Counted from the stretch's first letter, positions 41,696 to 52,267 are shown. The stretch: DNA of 64,000 bases from Gemmatimonadota bacterium (GCA_020348925.1 CP070758.1:4773775-4837774), one strand, 5' to 3'. A program made the numbers and translations. The notes: generated by a model not told the origin, from the sequence alone.

Positions 41696-42413
41696 TTCCT
41701 CGCGCGTTATGGTGCATCATGTTGTCGAATTCGATCTCAATCCTGCCGTCGGCCAGCCGGATCTTCCGGTCGGCCCTGTCCGCCAGTTCCTCGTTGTGAG
41801 TGACGACGACAAAGGCCTGGTGTTTGGCTCGACTGAGCTGCCACATGAGTTCATGCAGAGCTTCTCCCGAACGGCGATCCAGATTGCCGGACGGTTCGTC
41901 AGCCAAAACGATCTCCGGCTTGTTGAGGAGGGCCCGGGCCAGAGCCACTCGCTGCAGCTCCCCACCGGAGAGTTGACCCGGTTTGTGGTGTTCACGCTTG
42001 GGCAGACCGACTTCGTGGAGCAGTTGCCGGGCGGCACCGGTGACATCCCCGAAAGGTCGGCCGTTGATGATACCGGGCATGATCACATTTTCCAGTGCCG
42101 TGAACTCCGGCAAGAGATGATGAAACTGGAACACAAATCCTACGTAGGTGTTGCGAAAGTGAGCCAGTCTGTCATCTGAGAATGAGAACACATCCTTGGA
42201 CTTCACCTCGAGTCGCCCTTTCGAAGGACGTTCCAGTGCGCCTAAAATATAGAGAAGCGTACTTTTTCCTACCCCGGAAGCGCCAACAATCGAAATGATT
42301 TCACCCTTTCGAATTTCAAGGTCGATCCCTGTCAGGACGTCCAGTCGGCCTTGGCCCACAGGGAAGCTCTTATGGATGTCGTACGCCTTCAGAAGGATTT
42401 CAGGTGTCTTCAT
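41664..42413 (-). CDS. lolD: Lipoprotein-releasing ABC ATPase
   Basis: GASGVGKST, GFVFQFHHLLPEF, LSGGE, ADEPSGNLD; start at ATG 42413 next to the lolC/E stop. Confidence 0.92.
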   Translation of the reverse strand: MKTPEILLKAYDIHKSFPVGQGRLDVLTGIDLEIRKGEIISIVGASGVGKSTLLYILGALERPSKGRLEVKSKDVFSFSDDRLAHFRNTYVGFVFQFHHLLPEFTALENVIMPGIINGRPFGDVTGAARQLLHEVGLPKREHHKPGQLSGGELQRVALARALLNKPEIVLADEPSGNLDRRSGEALHELMWQLSRAKHQAFVVVTHNEELADRADRKIRLADGRIEIEFDNMMHHNARGNEKDDVPGLQ

Positions 42414-42414
42414 G

Positions 42415-43656
42415 TTACTCGTACCGTATGGCTTCGACAGGGTCCAAACGGGAGGCCCTCTTGGCCGGATAGAGTGTGGCCACAAAGCAGATGGCGATAC
42501 CGGCGAGAGAGACGAAGAGAAAATCGGACGGCTGCATCAGGACCGGCAGCGTACTGATGAAGTAGATTTCCGCCGGAAGTTGAAAAAAGCGGAAGGTGTC
42601 CTGAGCCCAGCACAGAAGATACCCCAGGAAACAGCCCAAGACGGTTCCGATCACACCGACAACGAGACCTTCGAACATAAAGATCTTCATAATACCCTTC
42701 GATGTGGCTCCCATCGATTTCAGAATGCCGATCTCCTTTCGCTTTTCCAAAACAATCATGATGAGTGTGCTGATGATGTTGAACGCAGCCACGAGAATGA
42801 TCAGGCTCAGAATAATGAACATGGCCCACTTCTCAATCGTCATCCAGTTGAAGAGGGTCTTGTTCTGCTCCATCCAGTCTGTGGTGAGATAGGGGTACCC
42901 CAAAAGCTCTGTTATTTTTCTCGCGACACTTTTGGCCCGATACATGTCGTCGAGCTTAATCCCCAGGCCGCTGATGGTGTCGCCCATCTGGAAGAATTTC
43001 TGGGCGTCCTCGAGTGAGATGTACGCCAGAGATGCATCGTACTCATAGAGACCCGTCTCGAAGAGGCCGGTCACAATAAATTTTTTCGCCCGCGGGAAAT
43101 CGAGCAAGGCGGAGCCGTCATACGTTTTCGGACTGAGGGCCACCACCTCGTCATCGAGCCATACTTTCAATCGATTGGCAAGGGTGACACCGAGGACGAT
43201 GCCCGACTGTTTTTTCCCCTCCTCCGTCTTGGTCGTGTAGGTCGGCTGGCCGTGGATGATGTTCTTTTCCAAATCCGTCACGCGGCTGACGGTGGCCGAA
43301 TCGGCGCCGATGACGCGGGCTCCGGCAGCATTCTGGCCCGCAGAGAGCATGGTCTCCCAGTAAACAAAGGGGGAAACACCGACGACGTGATCGAGGTGTT
43401 CGACCTGTGAGAGAACACTCTCATACTGGTCGATCCCTCTGTTGTAGAACGTCGTCACCCGGATGTGGGCGTCCGTACCTACAATTCTTGTTCTCACCTC
43501 TTGTTCGAAACCGTTCATGACTGAGAGAACAATGATGAGGGCGGCGACACCGACCATGACGCCCCCGATGGAGATGTAGGTGATAAGAGAAATGAATCCC
43601 GTCTTTCTCTTTGATTTCAAGTACCGTTTCGCAATGAAGAATTCGTAGGACATCAC
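42415..43656 (-). CDS. lolC: Lipoprotein-releasing ABC permease LolC/E
   Basis: LIIVLSVMNGF, LVAAFNIISTL, EIGILKSMGA, DPVEAIRYE. Confidence 0.9.
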   Translation of the reverse strand: MMSYEFFIAKRYLKSKRKTGFISLITYISIGGVMVGVAALIIVLSVMNGFEQEVRTRIVGTDAHIRVTTFYNRGIDQYESVLSQVEHLDHVVGVSPFVYWETMLSAGQNAAGARVIGADSATVSRVTDLEKNIIHGQPTYTTKTEEGKKQSGIVLGVTLANRLKVWLDDEVVALSPKTYDGSALLDFPRAKKFIVTGLFETGLYEYDASLAYISLEDAQKFFQMGDTISGLGIKLDDMYRAKSVARKITELLGYPYLTTDWMEQNKTLFNWMTIEKWAMFIILSLIILVAAFNIISTLIMIVLEKRKEIGILKSMGATSKGIMKIFMFEGLVVGVIGTVLGCFLGYLLCWAQDTFRFFQLPAEIYFISTLPVLMQPSDFLFVSLAGIAICFVATLYPAKRASRLDPVEAIRYE

Positions 43657-45179
43657 GCCGTTTGTTTCTTCTGATTGTCAACAGGATCGTCGTCCGACAT
43701 GCCGTGAGTGTCACCCTCCCGTTCAGGTCTCATCTGGGGAAAGAGAATAACGTCCCGGATGGAGGGAGAGTTCGTAAAGAGCATGACCAGGCGATCGATG
43801 CCGATCCCGAGACCGGCCATGGGAGGCATCCCGTACTCCATAGCCCGCAGAAAATCCTCATCCAGAACTTGCGCTTCCTCATCCCCGTCCTCCAGGAGTT
43901 TTCTCTGCTGCTCAAACCGTTCCCGCTGATCGAGGGGGTCGTTCAACTCCGAAAAGGCGTTGCCGATTTCGCCACCGCCGATGACGGGTTCAAAACGCTC
44001 GGTTAAATCAGACTTGTCCCGATGTCTCTTGGCCAGAGGGGACATGTCAACAGGATGGTCCTTGATGAATGTCGGTTGCATGAGATATGGCTCCACCAAC
44101 TCCGAGTAAATCTCATCGATCAATTTGCCCGGACCAAGACGCTCGTCCACTTTTAAATTCCTTTCGTCGCAGAAGGCTCTGAGCTCATCGACGTTCTTCC
44201 CATAGAGGTCAGCATCCGCATACTTCTGAATTGACTCGAAGAGGGATAATCGCTCCCATGGTGGAGAGAGATCAATGCGGTGTCCTTGATACGCAATGTC
44301 CGTCTTTCCCAAGACCCTCTGGGCCACAGTGGAAATCATTTCCTCCACAAGTTCCATGAGGTCATTGTAGTCGATGTAGGCCTGGTAGAGTTCCATCTGG
44401 GTGAACTCCGGTTGGTGGGTCCGGTCCATACCTTCGTTGCGAAAATCCTTGGCGAATTCGTAGACCTTCTCGAAGCCACCGACGATCAGTCTTTTCAAGT
44501 ACAATTCGTCAGCGATTCGGAGGTAAAAATCGACATCGAGGGCGTTGTGATGGGTGATGAAGGGGCGGGCCGAGGCACCGCCGTAAATCGGCTGGAGCAC
44601 AGGGGTCTCAACCTCCAGGAAGCCGCGCGCATCGAGAAAGGATCGCAGAGCCCGAATGATCTCCGTGCGCATTCGGAAGGTCTCTTTCACGTCCGGATTC
44701 ATGATGAGATCGAGATACCTCTGTCGATATCGGATCTCCTTGTCCCGGAGGCCGTGCCATTTTTCCGGCAGTGGTCGTAGCGATTTCGACAGAAGTGTCA
44801 CGGTCTCGACCTGGACCGTGACCTCACCGGTGCGCGTCCGGAATACGTGGCCACGCACGCCGATGATGTCCCCGATATCAAAAAGCTGGAAGAGGTCAAA
44901 GGCCTCCTGGCCCACGTCGTCCAGCCGGATATAGATCTGAAGCCGCCCTGCGTCGTCTTCAACATGGGCAAAGCTCGTCTTGCCATGCCGTCTGACGGTC
45001 ATCAATCTCCCGGCGATCGACACCTTTTCTTGGGAAGACTCGAAATGTTCAAACGAATCGAGAATTCCTTTCGAAGTGTGCGAAACCTCATACGCGTAAG
45101 GATAAGGGTTTATTCCCAGTTGGCGAATTTCTTCCAGTTTTCTCAAGCGCTGTTGACGCAGTTCACTCGTTTCTTCCAC
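43653..45179 (-). CDS. lysS: Lysine--tRNA ligase (class II)
   Basis: YRQRYLDL, GGASARPF, LRIADELYLKRL, FRNEG, GIGIDRL. Confidence 0.98.
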   Translation of the reverse strand: MEETSELRQQRLRKLEEIRQLGINPYPYAYEVSHTSKGILDSFEHFESSQEKVSIAGRLMTVRRHGKTSFAHVEDDAGRLQIYIRLDDVGQEAFDLFQLFDIGDIIGVRGHVFRTRTGEVTVQVETVTLLSKSLRPLPEKWHGLRDKEIRYRQRYLDLIMNPDVKETFRMRTEIIRALRSFLDARGFLEVETPVLQPIYGGASARPFITHHNALDVDFYLRIADELYLKRLIVGGFEKVYEFAKDFRNEGMDRTHQPEFTQMELYQAYIDYNDLMELVEEMISTVAQRVLGKTDIAYQGHRIDLSPPWERLSLFESIQKYADADLYGKNVDELRAFCDERNLKVDERLGPGKLIDEIYSELVEPYLMQPTFIKDHPVDMSPLAKRHRDKSDLTERFEPVIGGGEIGNAFSELNDPLDQRERFEQQRKLLEDGDEEAQVLDEDFLRAMEYGMPPMAGLGIGIDRLVMLFTNSPSIRDVILFPQMRPEREGDTHGMSDDDPVDNQKKQTA

Positions 45180-45426
45180 TTCAAGGTCCTTTCGTATCCT
45201 TTGCTAACTTCAAGACTGGTGTGAATTTCGTAAAAGCAAATCAAATATAGTACTTCCAGCCAAAGGTGTCAAGGACAAAGGATTGTCTTCGAAGTATCAG
45301 GGTGTTTTCAATATGGAATTTTGGGCTCTGTTTGTTGTCGGCATGACGTGGGAGGATTCGGATGATAAGAATGACGGGTCCCGTTTCAATGCATTCTCGA
45401 AATCCATGAGGCGCACCGGGTGAAGC

Positions 45427-46531
45427 TTAACGCTCCCGTTGGGAGTGAAGGTAGCCGGTGATGAAACGATCGAGCTCGCCGTCCATGACGCCCTGGGTGT
45501 CGCCTGTTTCGACCCCGGTTCGATGATCTTTCACCATGTTGTATGGATGGAAGACATACGATCGTATCTGACTGCCCCACTCGATCTTTTTCTTTTCGGC
45601 TTTCTCCTTTTCGGCCTGTTTCTTCTCCTCCTCTTCTTTGTAATGTTGATACAGTCTTGCCAGGAGGATCTTCATGGCGTTTTCGCGGTTGCGATGTTGG
45701 GAACGTTCAGACTGGCATTGGGCCGCTATGCCGGTAGGAAGGTGGGTGATGCGGACCGCCGATGATACCTTGTTGACATGTTGCCCACCGGCACCGCTGG
45801 CCCTGAAGGTGTCGATACGAAGATCGTTGTCCGTCACTTCGATTTCAATATCTTCCTCCACTTCGGGGAGTACGAAGACCGAGGCGAAGGAGGTGTGTCG
45901 TCGTCGATTGGCGTCGAAAGGAGAGATGCGGACCAGCCTGTGGACACCCTTTTCCGCCTTCAGATATCCATACGCATACTCACCCCTCACTTCGATGGTG
46001 GTACTTTTAATACCGGCTTCCTCACCCGGCATGGTGTCCATGATTTCGGTCTCATAGCCGCTCCGTTCGCTCCATCGCAGGTACATGCGCATGAGCATTT
46101 CGGCCCAGTCCTGGGCTTCCGTCCCACCCGCGCCTGAATGAATTTCTAATATGGCGCTTTTGGGATCGTCCTCATCGGCGAGCGTGCTTTTCAGCTCGAG
46201 CCCTTCGATCTCATTGAATAGTTTTTCAACCGAGCGCCGGACCTCTTCGAATGTATCGGAATCTTCCTCCTCCTCGGCCAATTGGAACAGAAGGACCAGA
46301 TCTTCACACTGTTTGTTCAGGGATTCCCATTCCTCAACCGGTTTCCTTTTCGTACTGATTGACTGTAAGATACTTTGAGCGCGCTCTTGATCGCCCCAGA
46401 AATCGGGTTTGGCCGATTCGTCCTCTAATGCTTTAATCTCAGCCTTACGTTTGTCGATGTCAAAGATACCCCCGCAGGTTTCCCAATTTCTCCTCACACA
46501 ATTCCAATACTTCTTTGACATCCGCTTCCAT
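45427..46531 (-). CDS. prfB: Peptide chain release factor 2 with programmed +1 frameshift
   Basis: ATG 46531 MEADVKEVLELCEEKLGNLRGYL, then CTT-TGA-C (46465-46459) after an internal SD-like CGGGGG; +1 frame continues DIDK...SPF...GGQ. Confidence 0.96.
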
Positions 46532-46588
46532 CGTTCTCTCCTTTTCTCTGTTTTTAAATCACCGTCTTCAACCGAATATGTCTGGTCC

Positions 46589-46706
46589 GTCATTGCGAAC
46601 CCTGAGCCCCTGAGCACCATTCGAGGACGAAGGGCGCACCAATCTCAATGTGAGGAAGAGATCGTTCCGTCCTCCCGCGTTTCCACACCGGCCTCCTCGA
46701 GATGAC
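46589..46706. repeat. GTCATT...ATGAC-bounded REP-like element
   Basis: gtcattgcga...aatctc...gagat...gatgac, same layout as 23339..23466. Confidence 0.55.
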
Positions 46707-46747
46707 TAAAAATAATAATACTTTCGCGGTTTTCGAAGTAAAATCTT

Positions 46748-47710
46748 TCACCACAAGCTCAATTGAGGTGATGATTTCAGAGGGAGCGGTTCTGCCCGAA
46801 ACCCCGCTTCTCTCAAATACGTGCAAAATCGATGTGGGCCGTGAACGGTGTACACCGTCCTCGGTTGTACTCTTCGAACGTATTCGAACAATCCGTTGAA
46901 ATCCGCATGATCGCTCAGGGGAAAGCTCGTGTCGGCACCGAAGCGAAACCGCGTTCCCCCGTCAAGGGCCCAGCCTGTGAGTGCTGCCGTTCGTTTGCTC
47001 TTGATCCCCTTGAGGAGACCCTGTTTTCTCATGCCCCAGGGCCCTATTACGACCGAATCCCTCACATCACCACCCTCGAAGAGTCTGTACGGTCCAAAGG
47101 TCACACCGGCACGTTCGTAGAGTTTGGCACTATCGAAGACAGATTGAGAGACTGCGGCGGGAATGTTTCGGTTTCCCAGGAGCTTCATCACCTCCTGGGC
47201 TTTTCCCAAACGGTAGGCAAAGAGCACGGGGATGGTACCGCCGTTCAAACACGTCTCGACGAACCGAACGATATTTTCATTCACTTCCTCCCGAGGAGGG
47301 AAGACATATTTGGGATTACCGTACGTGCATTCCATGATGAGAATATCGCAATTTTTAATCTGGGCCTGTTCCGCCGTTGAACCTCTGGCCAATTTGAAAT
47401 CTCCGGTGTATACAATCCGCTCTTCATGTTCAATGAGAATCTGTGCCGCACCAAGCATATGGCCTGAAGGGAAAAGCTCGACGGTACAGCCGTTGATTGA
47501 AAACGGTTCATTGAAGGATTTGGCAACAACATGCCCCTTTTTGAATTTGTCCTTATAGAAAAGAGCGGTTCCTTCGGAGACCAAAACGTGTTCGTGCCGC
47601 CGTAAATGATCGCTGTGCCCGTGAGAGACGAAGGAAAAGGGTTTCTTCACCCTGGGATCAAGCCAGAGGTCGACATCTTTGACGTAAATATCATTCTTCA
47701 AGTCGAGCAT
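46748..47710 (-). CDS. MBL-fold/beta-CASP-like nuclease (SNM1/ligase-associated exonuclease-like)
   Basis: SHGHSDH, SGHMLGAAQ, YTGDFK, IMECTYG, LSDHADF, VHG. Confidence 0.85.
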   Translation of the reverse strand: MLDLKNDIYVKDVDLWLDPRVKKPFSFVSHGHSDHLRRHEHVLVSEGTALFYKDKFKKGHVVAKSFNEPFSINGCTVELFPSGHMLGAAQILIEHEERIVYTGDFKLARGSTAEQAQIKNCDILIMECTYGNPKYVFPPREEVNENIVRFVETCLNGGTIPVLFAYRLGKAQEVMKLLGNRNIPAAVSQSVFDSAKLYERAGVTFGPYRLFEGGDVRDSVVIGPWGMRKQGLLKGIKSKRTAALTGWALDGGTRFRFGADTSFPLSDHADFNGLFEYVRRVQPRTVYTVHGPHRFCTYLREAGFRAEPLPLKSSPQLSLW

Positions 47711-48157
47711 GTGTTCTCTTGTTCTCTATCATACTATGTTCATTTTCGCACAATTCGTTTGAAAGCGTCATTGAATTCGGGTTAGAGTATAAGAAAATGG
47801 GAGAACAATGTCAAGTATCGTTGATGAACGTTTGCGAAAAGTTCGCGATCCTGGTCGTAGGGATATATATCCCTATAATACAATTCGCCCGGCATACATA
47901 TACCGGGCGATCAAGATCTCATACAGCAATTAACCTTTTCAATGATAAGATGTTGTTCTCTCAGAATCAACATATTTTTCTCAAACGTTGAAAGATCTTA
48001 AATTTTGTCCTGAAGGAGAATATCGGACGGGGAGAACGATCTTGTCATCCAAGAGGAGCACTGCAATACGCCGATCTTTTCCACTTGTCCCAATGAGGTT
48101 CGCTCCATATCTTCTCTGCCAGAGCGAAATCGCAGCCAACATGTTCGTAAGTCAAAA

Positions 48158-49249
48158 ATGATGGGAGCACCAATGCCATCCTTTGACGAAATTACAAGGC
48201 GGTGGAAGGAGAGGGTCGAGCGGGCTCGGGAGTACGAGGTTGTCCAAGAGGACGGGGAAGCGTCTGACGTTTTCCTGGAGTCGAGAGTCTCTGGGCGGGA
48301 GTACGAGCAGGCCCAGGCCCTTCTGCGTTCACTTCTCAAAAGGTATCAAAACGTACGCTTGGCCGATGCCCTGCCCGGCGAGATGATTTCCAACCCCCAC
48401 GGATCCTGCTTTCATATCGAACACATCGACCAATGGCCACTGTTTAATTTCAGCAGCGAGCAATCAATGGAGATCCTTCTGTCGGATTTGAAGCTTCTCT
48501 ACGGTATCGGGTATGTGACCGAAGAATCACTGAGGGGGGAAGGTTTTTCCACGATAACCCATTTGAAGGACCATCACGTCTGGGGCACTGCGGCTCAGAG
48601 GTTTCTCGGCTTGCTGCAATCGGCCGATACGCCGAAATTGCAGAACTGGCTGTGGCACTGGTTGCCGAAATCTCATCCGAAGGCGCTCTGTCTGGCGGGG
48701 CTCCACGATGTGACCGATTTTCTCATTTTCGATATCGAGACCATGGGTCTCTTCGGGCGGCCGATTATTTTGATCGGATGTGCGCAACCACAGGGTGAAA
48801 CATTGATCGTTCATCAATACCTTCTTCAAGAAGTGTCCGAAGAGCCGGCCGCATTGTCGGAATTTTGTGGACACGTGACAAAACGGACGGCATTGATTTC
48901 TTATAATGGCCGATCCTTTGACCTCCCGTATATCCGGGAGCGATTGGGATATTACGGACAGGGTGGTGTTACCGAATGCGCCCACTTCGATATGCTCCAC
49001 TTTGCCCGCCGGGAGTGGCGAGGGAGCTTTGCGGATTGCAGATTGACCACACTGGAACGAGAGGTATTCGGTCACATCCGGAAGAACGATGTGCCCAGCG
49101 CTCTTGTGCCGGAGTTCTATGATGTGTATCTGAAGACCGGCAATATCGGGCCGCTTGTGCCGATCATCCAGCATAACAGACAGGATGTGATCACGCTGGC
49201 GAACATCTTCTCGGAACTCTGTCGGAGGTGGGGGAATGGAGATTGGTAA
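48158..49249 (+). CDS. YprB/MrfB-like RNase H-fold (DEDD) exonuclease with HhH-like region
   Basis: LYGIG, FDIETMGL, SYNGRSFDLPYI, HFDMLH, HNRQDV. Confidence 0.88.
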   Translation: MMGAPMPSFDEITRRWKERVERAREYEVVQEDGEASDVFLESRVSGREYEQAQALLRSLLKRYQNVRLADALPGEMISNPHGSCFHIEHIDQWPLFNFSSEQSMEILLSDLKLLYGIGYVTEESLRGEGFSTITHLKDHHVWGTAAQRFLGLLQSADTPKLQNWLWHWLPKSHPKALCLAGLHDVTDFLIFDIETMGLFGRPIILIGCAQPQGETLIVHQYLLQEVSEEPAALSEFCGHVTKRTALISYNGRSFDLPYIRERLGYYGQGGVTECAHFDMLHFARREWRGSFADCRLTTLEREVFGHIRKNDVPSALVPEFYDVYLKTGNIGPLVPIIQHNRQDVITLANIFSELCRRWGNGDW

Positions 49250-51488
49250 ATTTATTGAGACGTTCTTATTGCCTTCACCCCAGGTGGAACACGTGGAAGT
49301 GATCCCGCCCAGAGGACCCCAATACGGGGACCTCGAACACGAACTCTGTCCTCCGCTGAAGAAATACCTCCAGACGCACTACATTCGATTGTACACCCAT
49401 CAAGCCGAAGCTGTCGATAGTATTCTGGAGGGCAAACATATCATCATCACCACACCCACGGCTTCGGGCAAAACACTTGCTTTCAATACACCTGTTTTTC
49501 ACACGCTCTTTGTGGATGAAGATGCGACGGCTCTGTACCTATATCCTATGAAAGCCCTGGCCAACGATCAGCTCAATGTCCTGTTGCACCTTGAAAAGGC
49601 CACCGGCATCAAAGTTTTTTCAAGTATCTACGACGGCGATACCCCGCAGAATGCGCGGGCGAAGATCCGGGAGCGGTCCCGCATCATTGTGACCAATCCC
49701 TACGCGCTCCATCAATATCTTCCGTGGCATCAGAAATGGGCCCGCTTCTTTCAGAACCTCAAAATCGTCGTCATCGACGAGGCCCATACCTATCGTGGAG
49801 TTTTCGGTTCCAACGTGGCTCTCCTCCTCAGGCGGTTGCGACGCGTCTGCGATCGTTACGGTTCGACGCCACAGTTCGTTCTTTCGTCGGCCACCCTGGC
49901 CAATCCTGAGGAGCTGTCCAGGAGACTTGTGGGAGAGGTATGTGAGGTTGTCTCGAAGGAGGGCTCCGGAAGAGGACAGAAATTCTTCCTCTTCTGGAAT
50001 CCGCCGTTTCTCGATGATCATAAAATCGTCCGAAGATCACCACATCAGGAAACCGTTGATCTGTTGACGACTCACCTCCGGCACGGATTTCAGACCCTCT
50101 GTTTTACCGTCTCGAGAAGGATGGCCGAACTGGTGGCGACCTGGGCCAAAAATATGTTGGCTCAGGAAAAGGATGATTGTGCCGATCGGATTGCCACATA
50201 CCGCGCCGGATATCTGCCCCAGGAACGACGCCGGATCGAAGAGAAGCTGCGCCGGGGCGATCTGCACGGTGTGGTCTCAACCGTTGCCCTGGAGGTGGGC
50301 ATCGATATCGGTTCCCTGGACTCGGTCATTATTTCAGGCTATCCTGGAACGATCATATCCACGTGGCAGCAGGCGGGGCGGTCGGGTCGGGGGATGGAAG
50401 ATTCGGCGGCCGTACTGGTGGCCTTCGACGGTCCGCTCGATCAGTACATCGTGAAGCACCCGCAAAAGTTCTTCGGCAGCTCGCCGGAACACGCCATCGT
50501 CGATTTGGAGAACCCGTACATTCTCATGGGGCATGTTCTGTGCGCCTCGGCTGAGTTTCCCCTGACCGATGCTGATACGATCTTTTTCGGATCTCAATTC
50601 TCTGAAGCCCGCCAGGAGCTGGTCAAAGAGCGTTTGATAACACGGACCCCGCGAGGATGGATTTATTCGGGACTGGCCAGGCCGGCTGAGGTCGTGCATC
50701 TCAATGCCATTTCAGATCGGACGGTGACCGTCTGGTGTGAGGGTGAACTTTTGGAGACCATGGACTTTGTCCAAGCCAACCGCGAGGTCTATCCGGGTGC
50801 GGTGCTCCTGCATCAAGGGGAAACGTATCTTGTGCGGAAGCTGGATCTGGTGAGCATGACGGCCACAGCCGAGGCCAAGACCGTGGACTATTATACCGAG
50901 GCTCAGGAGGTGACGGATGTCGGCATAGTGGAAAGACTGCGCACGAAGGATTCGCGGATCGAGCTCAGCGTCGGCGACGTCAACGTTACCGAGCACCATC
51001 CGTCGTATCGGCTGAAGCGATACGACCGGGTTCTCGGTCACAGACCCCTGAATTTACCACCTGTCGATTTCGAGAGTGTGGGGATGTGGTTCACCGTCCC
51101 TCCGGAGGTTGAGGACGAGGTTAAAGAGTCCGGGTGCGACTTCGCGGGTGGGCTCCACGCTGTGGAGCACGGCATGATTGCCATGGCCCCGCTCTACGCC
51201 ATGTGCGACCGCTGGGATCTGGGTGGTCTGTCCGCATCGTTCCACGCCGACACCGGCCGACCCACGATCTTCATCTATGACGCCTTCGAAGGTGGCATCG
51301 GCATTTCGGAGAAATGCTACGAGCTGTTCGATGACCTTGTTCGGGCCACTCAGGAACTCATCCGTGACTGTGAATGTGAGGAGGGCTGCCCCTCCTGCAT
51401 ATTCTCCCCCAAATGCGGGAATGACAATCGACCTTTAGACAAGCAAGCGGCGCTGATTCTCTTACAAGGGTTACTCAGGCAGATATGA
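49236..51488 (+). CDS. YprA/MrfA/Hrq1-like DEAH helicase with C-terminal DUF1998 Zn domain
   Basis: TPTASGKT, YPMKALANDQ, DEAH, SATLAN, QQAGRSGR, MCDRWD, CECEEGCPSCI.SPKCGNDN. Confidence 0.93.
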   Translation: MEIGKFIETFLLPSPQVEHVEVIPPRGPQYGDLEHELCPPLKKYLQTHYIRLYTHQAEAVDSILEGKHIIITTPTASGKTLAFNTPVFHTLFVDEDATALYLYPMKALANDQLNVLLHLEKATGIKVFSSIYDGDTPQNARAKIRERSRIIVTNPYALHQYLPWHQKWARFFQNLKIVVIDEAHTYRGVFGSNVALLLRRLRRVCDRYGSTPQFVLSSATLANPEELSRRLVGEVCEVVSKEGSGRGQKFFLFWNPPFLDDHKIVRRSPHQETVDLLTTHLRHGFQTLCFTVSRRMAELVATWAKNMLAQEKDDCADRIATYRAGYLPQERRRIEEKLRRGDLHGVVSTVALEVGIDIGSLDSVIISGYPGTIISTWQQAGRSGRGMEDSAAVLVAFDGPLDQYIVKHPQKFFGSSPEHAIVDLENPYILMGHVLCASAEFPLTDADTIFFGSQFSEARQELVKERLITRTPRGWIYSGLARPAEVVHLNAISDRTVTVWCEGELLETMDFVQANREVYPGAVLLHQGETYLVRKLDLVSMTATAEAKTVDYYTEAQEVTDVGIVERLRTKDSRIELSVGDVNVTEHHPSYRLKRYDRVLGHRPLNLPPVDFESVGMWFTVPPEVEDEVKESGCDFAGGLHAVEHGMIAMAPLYAMCDRWDLGGLSASFHADTGRPTIFIYDAFEGGIGISEKCYELFDDLVRATQELIRDCECEEGCPSCIFSPKCGNDNRPLDKQAALILLQGLLRQI

Positions 51489-51538
51489 GATGTGAGTCAA
51501 TTCCGGTTTGATGGACGCGGTTCCTTTTCTCTTTTTGA

Positions 51539-51841
51539 ATGAAAAAGTTATGGCTCTCAACAGCCTGCTCTATGCTGTCCTATTCGCCCTACGATAATGT
51601 GGAGCTCAGGAATTATCCGGCGATGCTCGTCACGACTGTGTTCCATGATTCCCAGATGCAGTACTGGGAGCAGGCGAAATGGGTGGCCAAAATTCGTGAT
51701 CTGAAGACGGACAGCAATCTGCTGCTTCTGCACACCCAGATGGGGGCCGGCCACAGCGGGAAATCCGGCCGCTTTGAAAAGTACAGGATAACGGTTTTGG
51801 AGTACGCCTTCATGCTTGATCTGCTGGGCATTACTGAGTAA
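51539..51841 (+). pseudogene. ptrB: C-terminal remnant of oligopeptidase B (S9 family)
   Basis: YSPYDNV...[24 protein letters not shown]...[10 protein letters not shown]. The propeller and catalytic Ser region are absent. Confidence 0.8.
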
Positions 51842-51873
51842 TTCAGGTTCTTGTTGTGGTTTGGAAATAACAC

Positions 51874-52220
51874 TTGTCGTTTCCGATTCATTATTATATA
51901 TTGTAAAATAGTATTCATCTTCCATAAGAAGTGATGCTGTTTTGTCCGACATTGAGCCCCCATGAACATGCGTATGGCTTTTCGATCAGTGATATTCGTC
52001 CGGGCAGAGAGGCAGGCATGACGCTGCCTGTGTGTCGGACGTCTTTCGATTGACCTCGAATCCAACGACAGCACAAAGAGAAGCAATTTTTTTCAACAGG
52101 GTCAATTGAACAGGCTTGATGCTGCACGGCAGCTTCAGCCAGACATGGGTCGTGGAGACAATGGTATGCCTTCTGTGCACTCATTTGAAGATGAATGAGG
52201 GAGTGTTTTTGTGTTTGAGT
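51874..52220 (+). ncRNA. Structured leader RNA, copy C (promoter + hairpins + terminator-like end)
   Basis: TTGTCG-17-TATATT (51874-51902); hairpins aggcag/ctgcct and gctg-cacgg-cagc; 3' end tgagggagtgtttttgtgtttgag homologous to 55894-55919. Confidence 0.55.
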
Positions 52221-52267
52221 CAGGGGAAAAATAAAACATTAAGATGTGAGTCCTTTCCTGGCTCTCA

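Noticed and set aside
47704-47717. CGAGCATGTGTTCT resembling a Gram-positive-type LexA box (GAAC-N4-GTTC)
   Set aside because: It has a core mismatch, is a single instance, and the LexA motif of this lineage is unknown.
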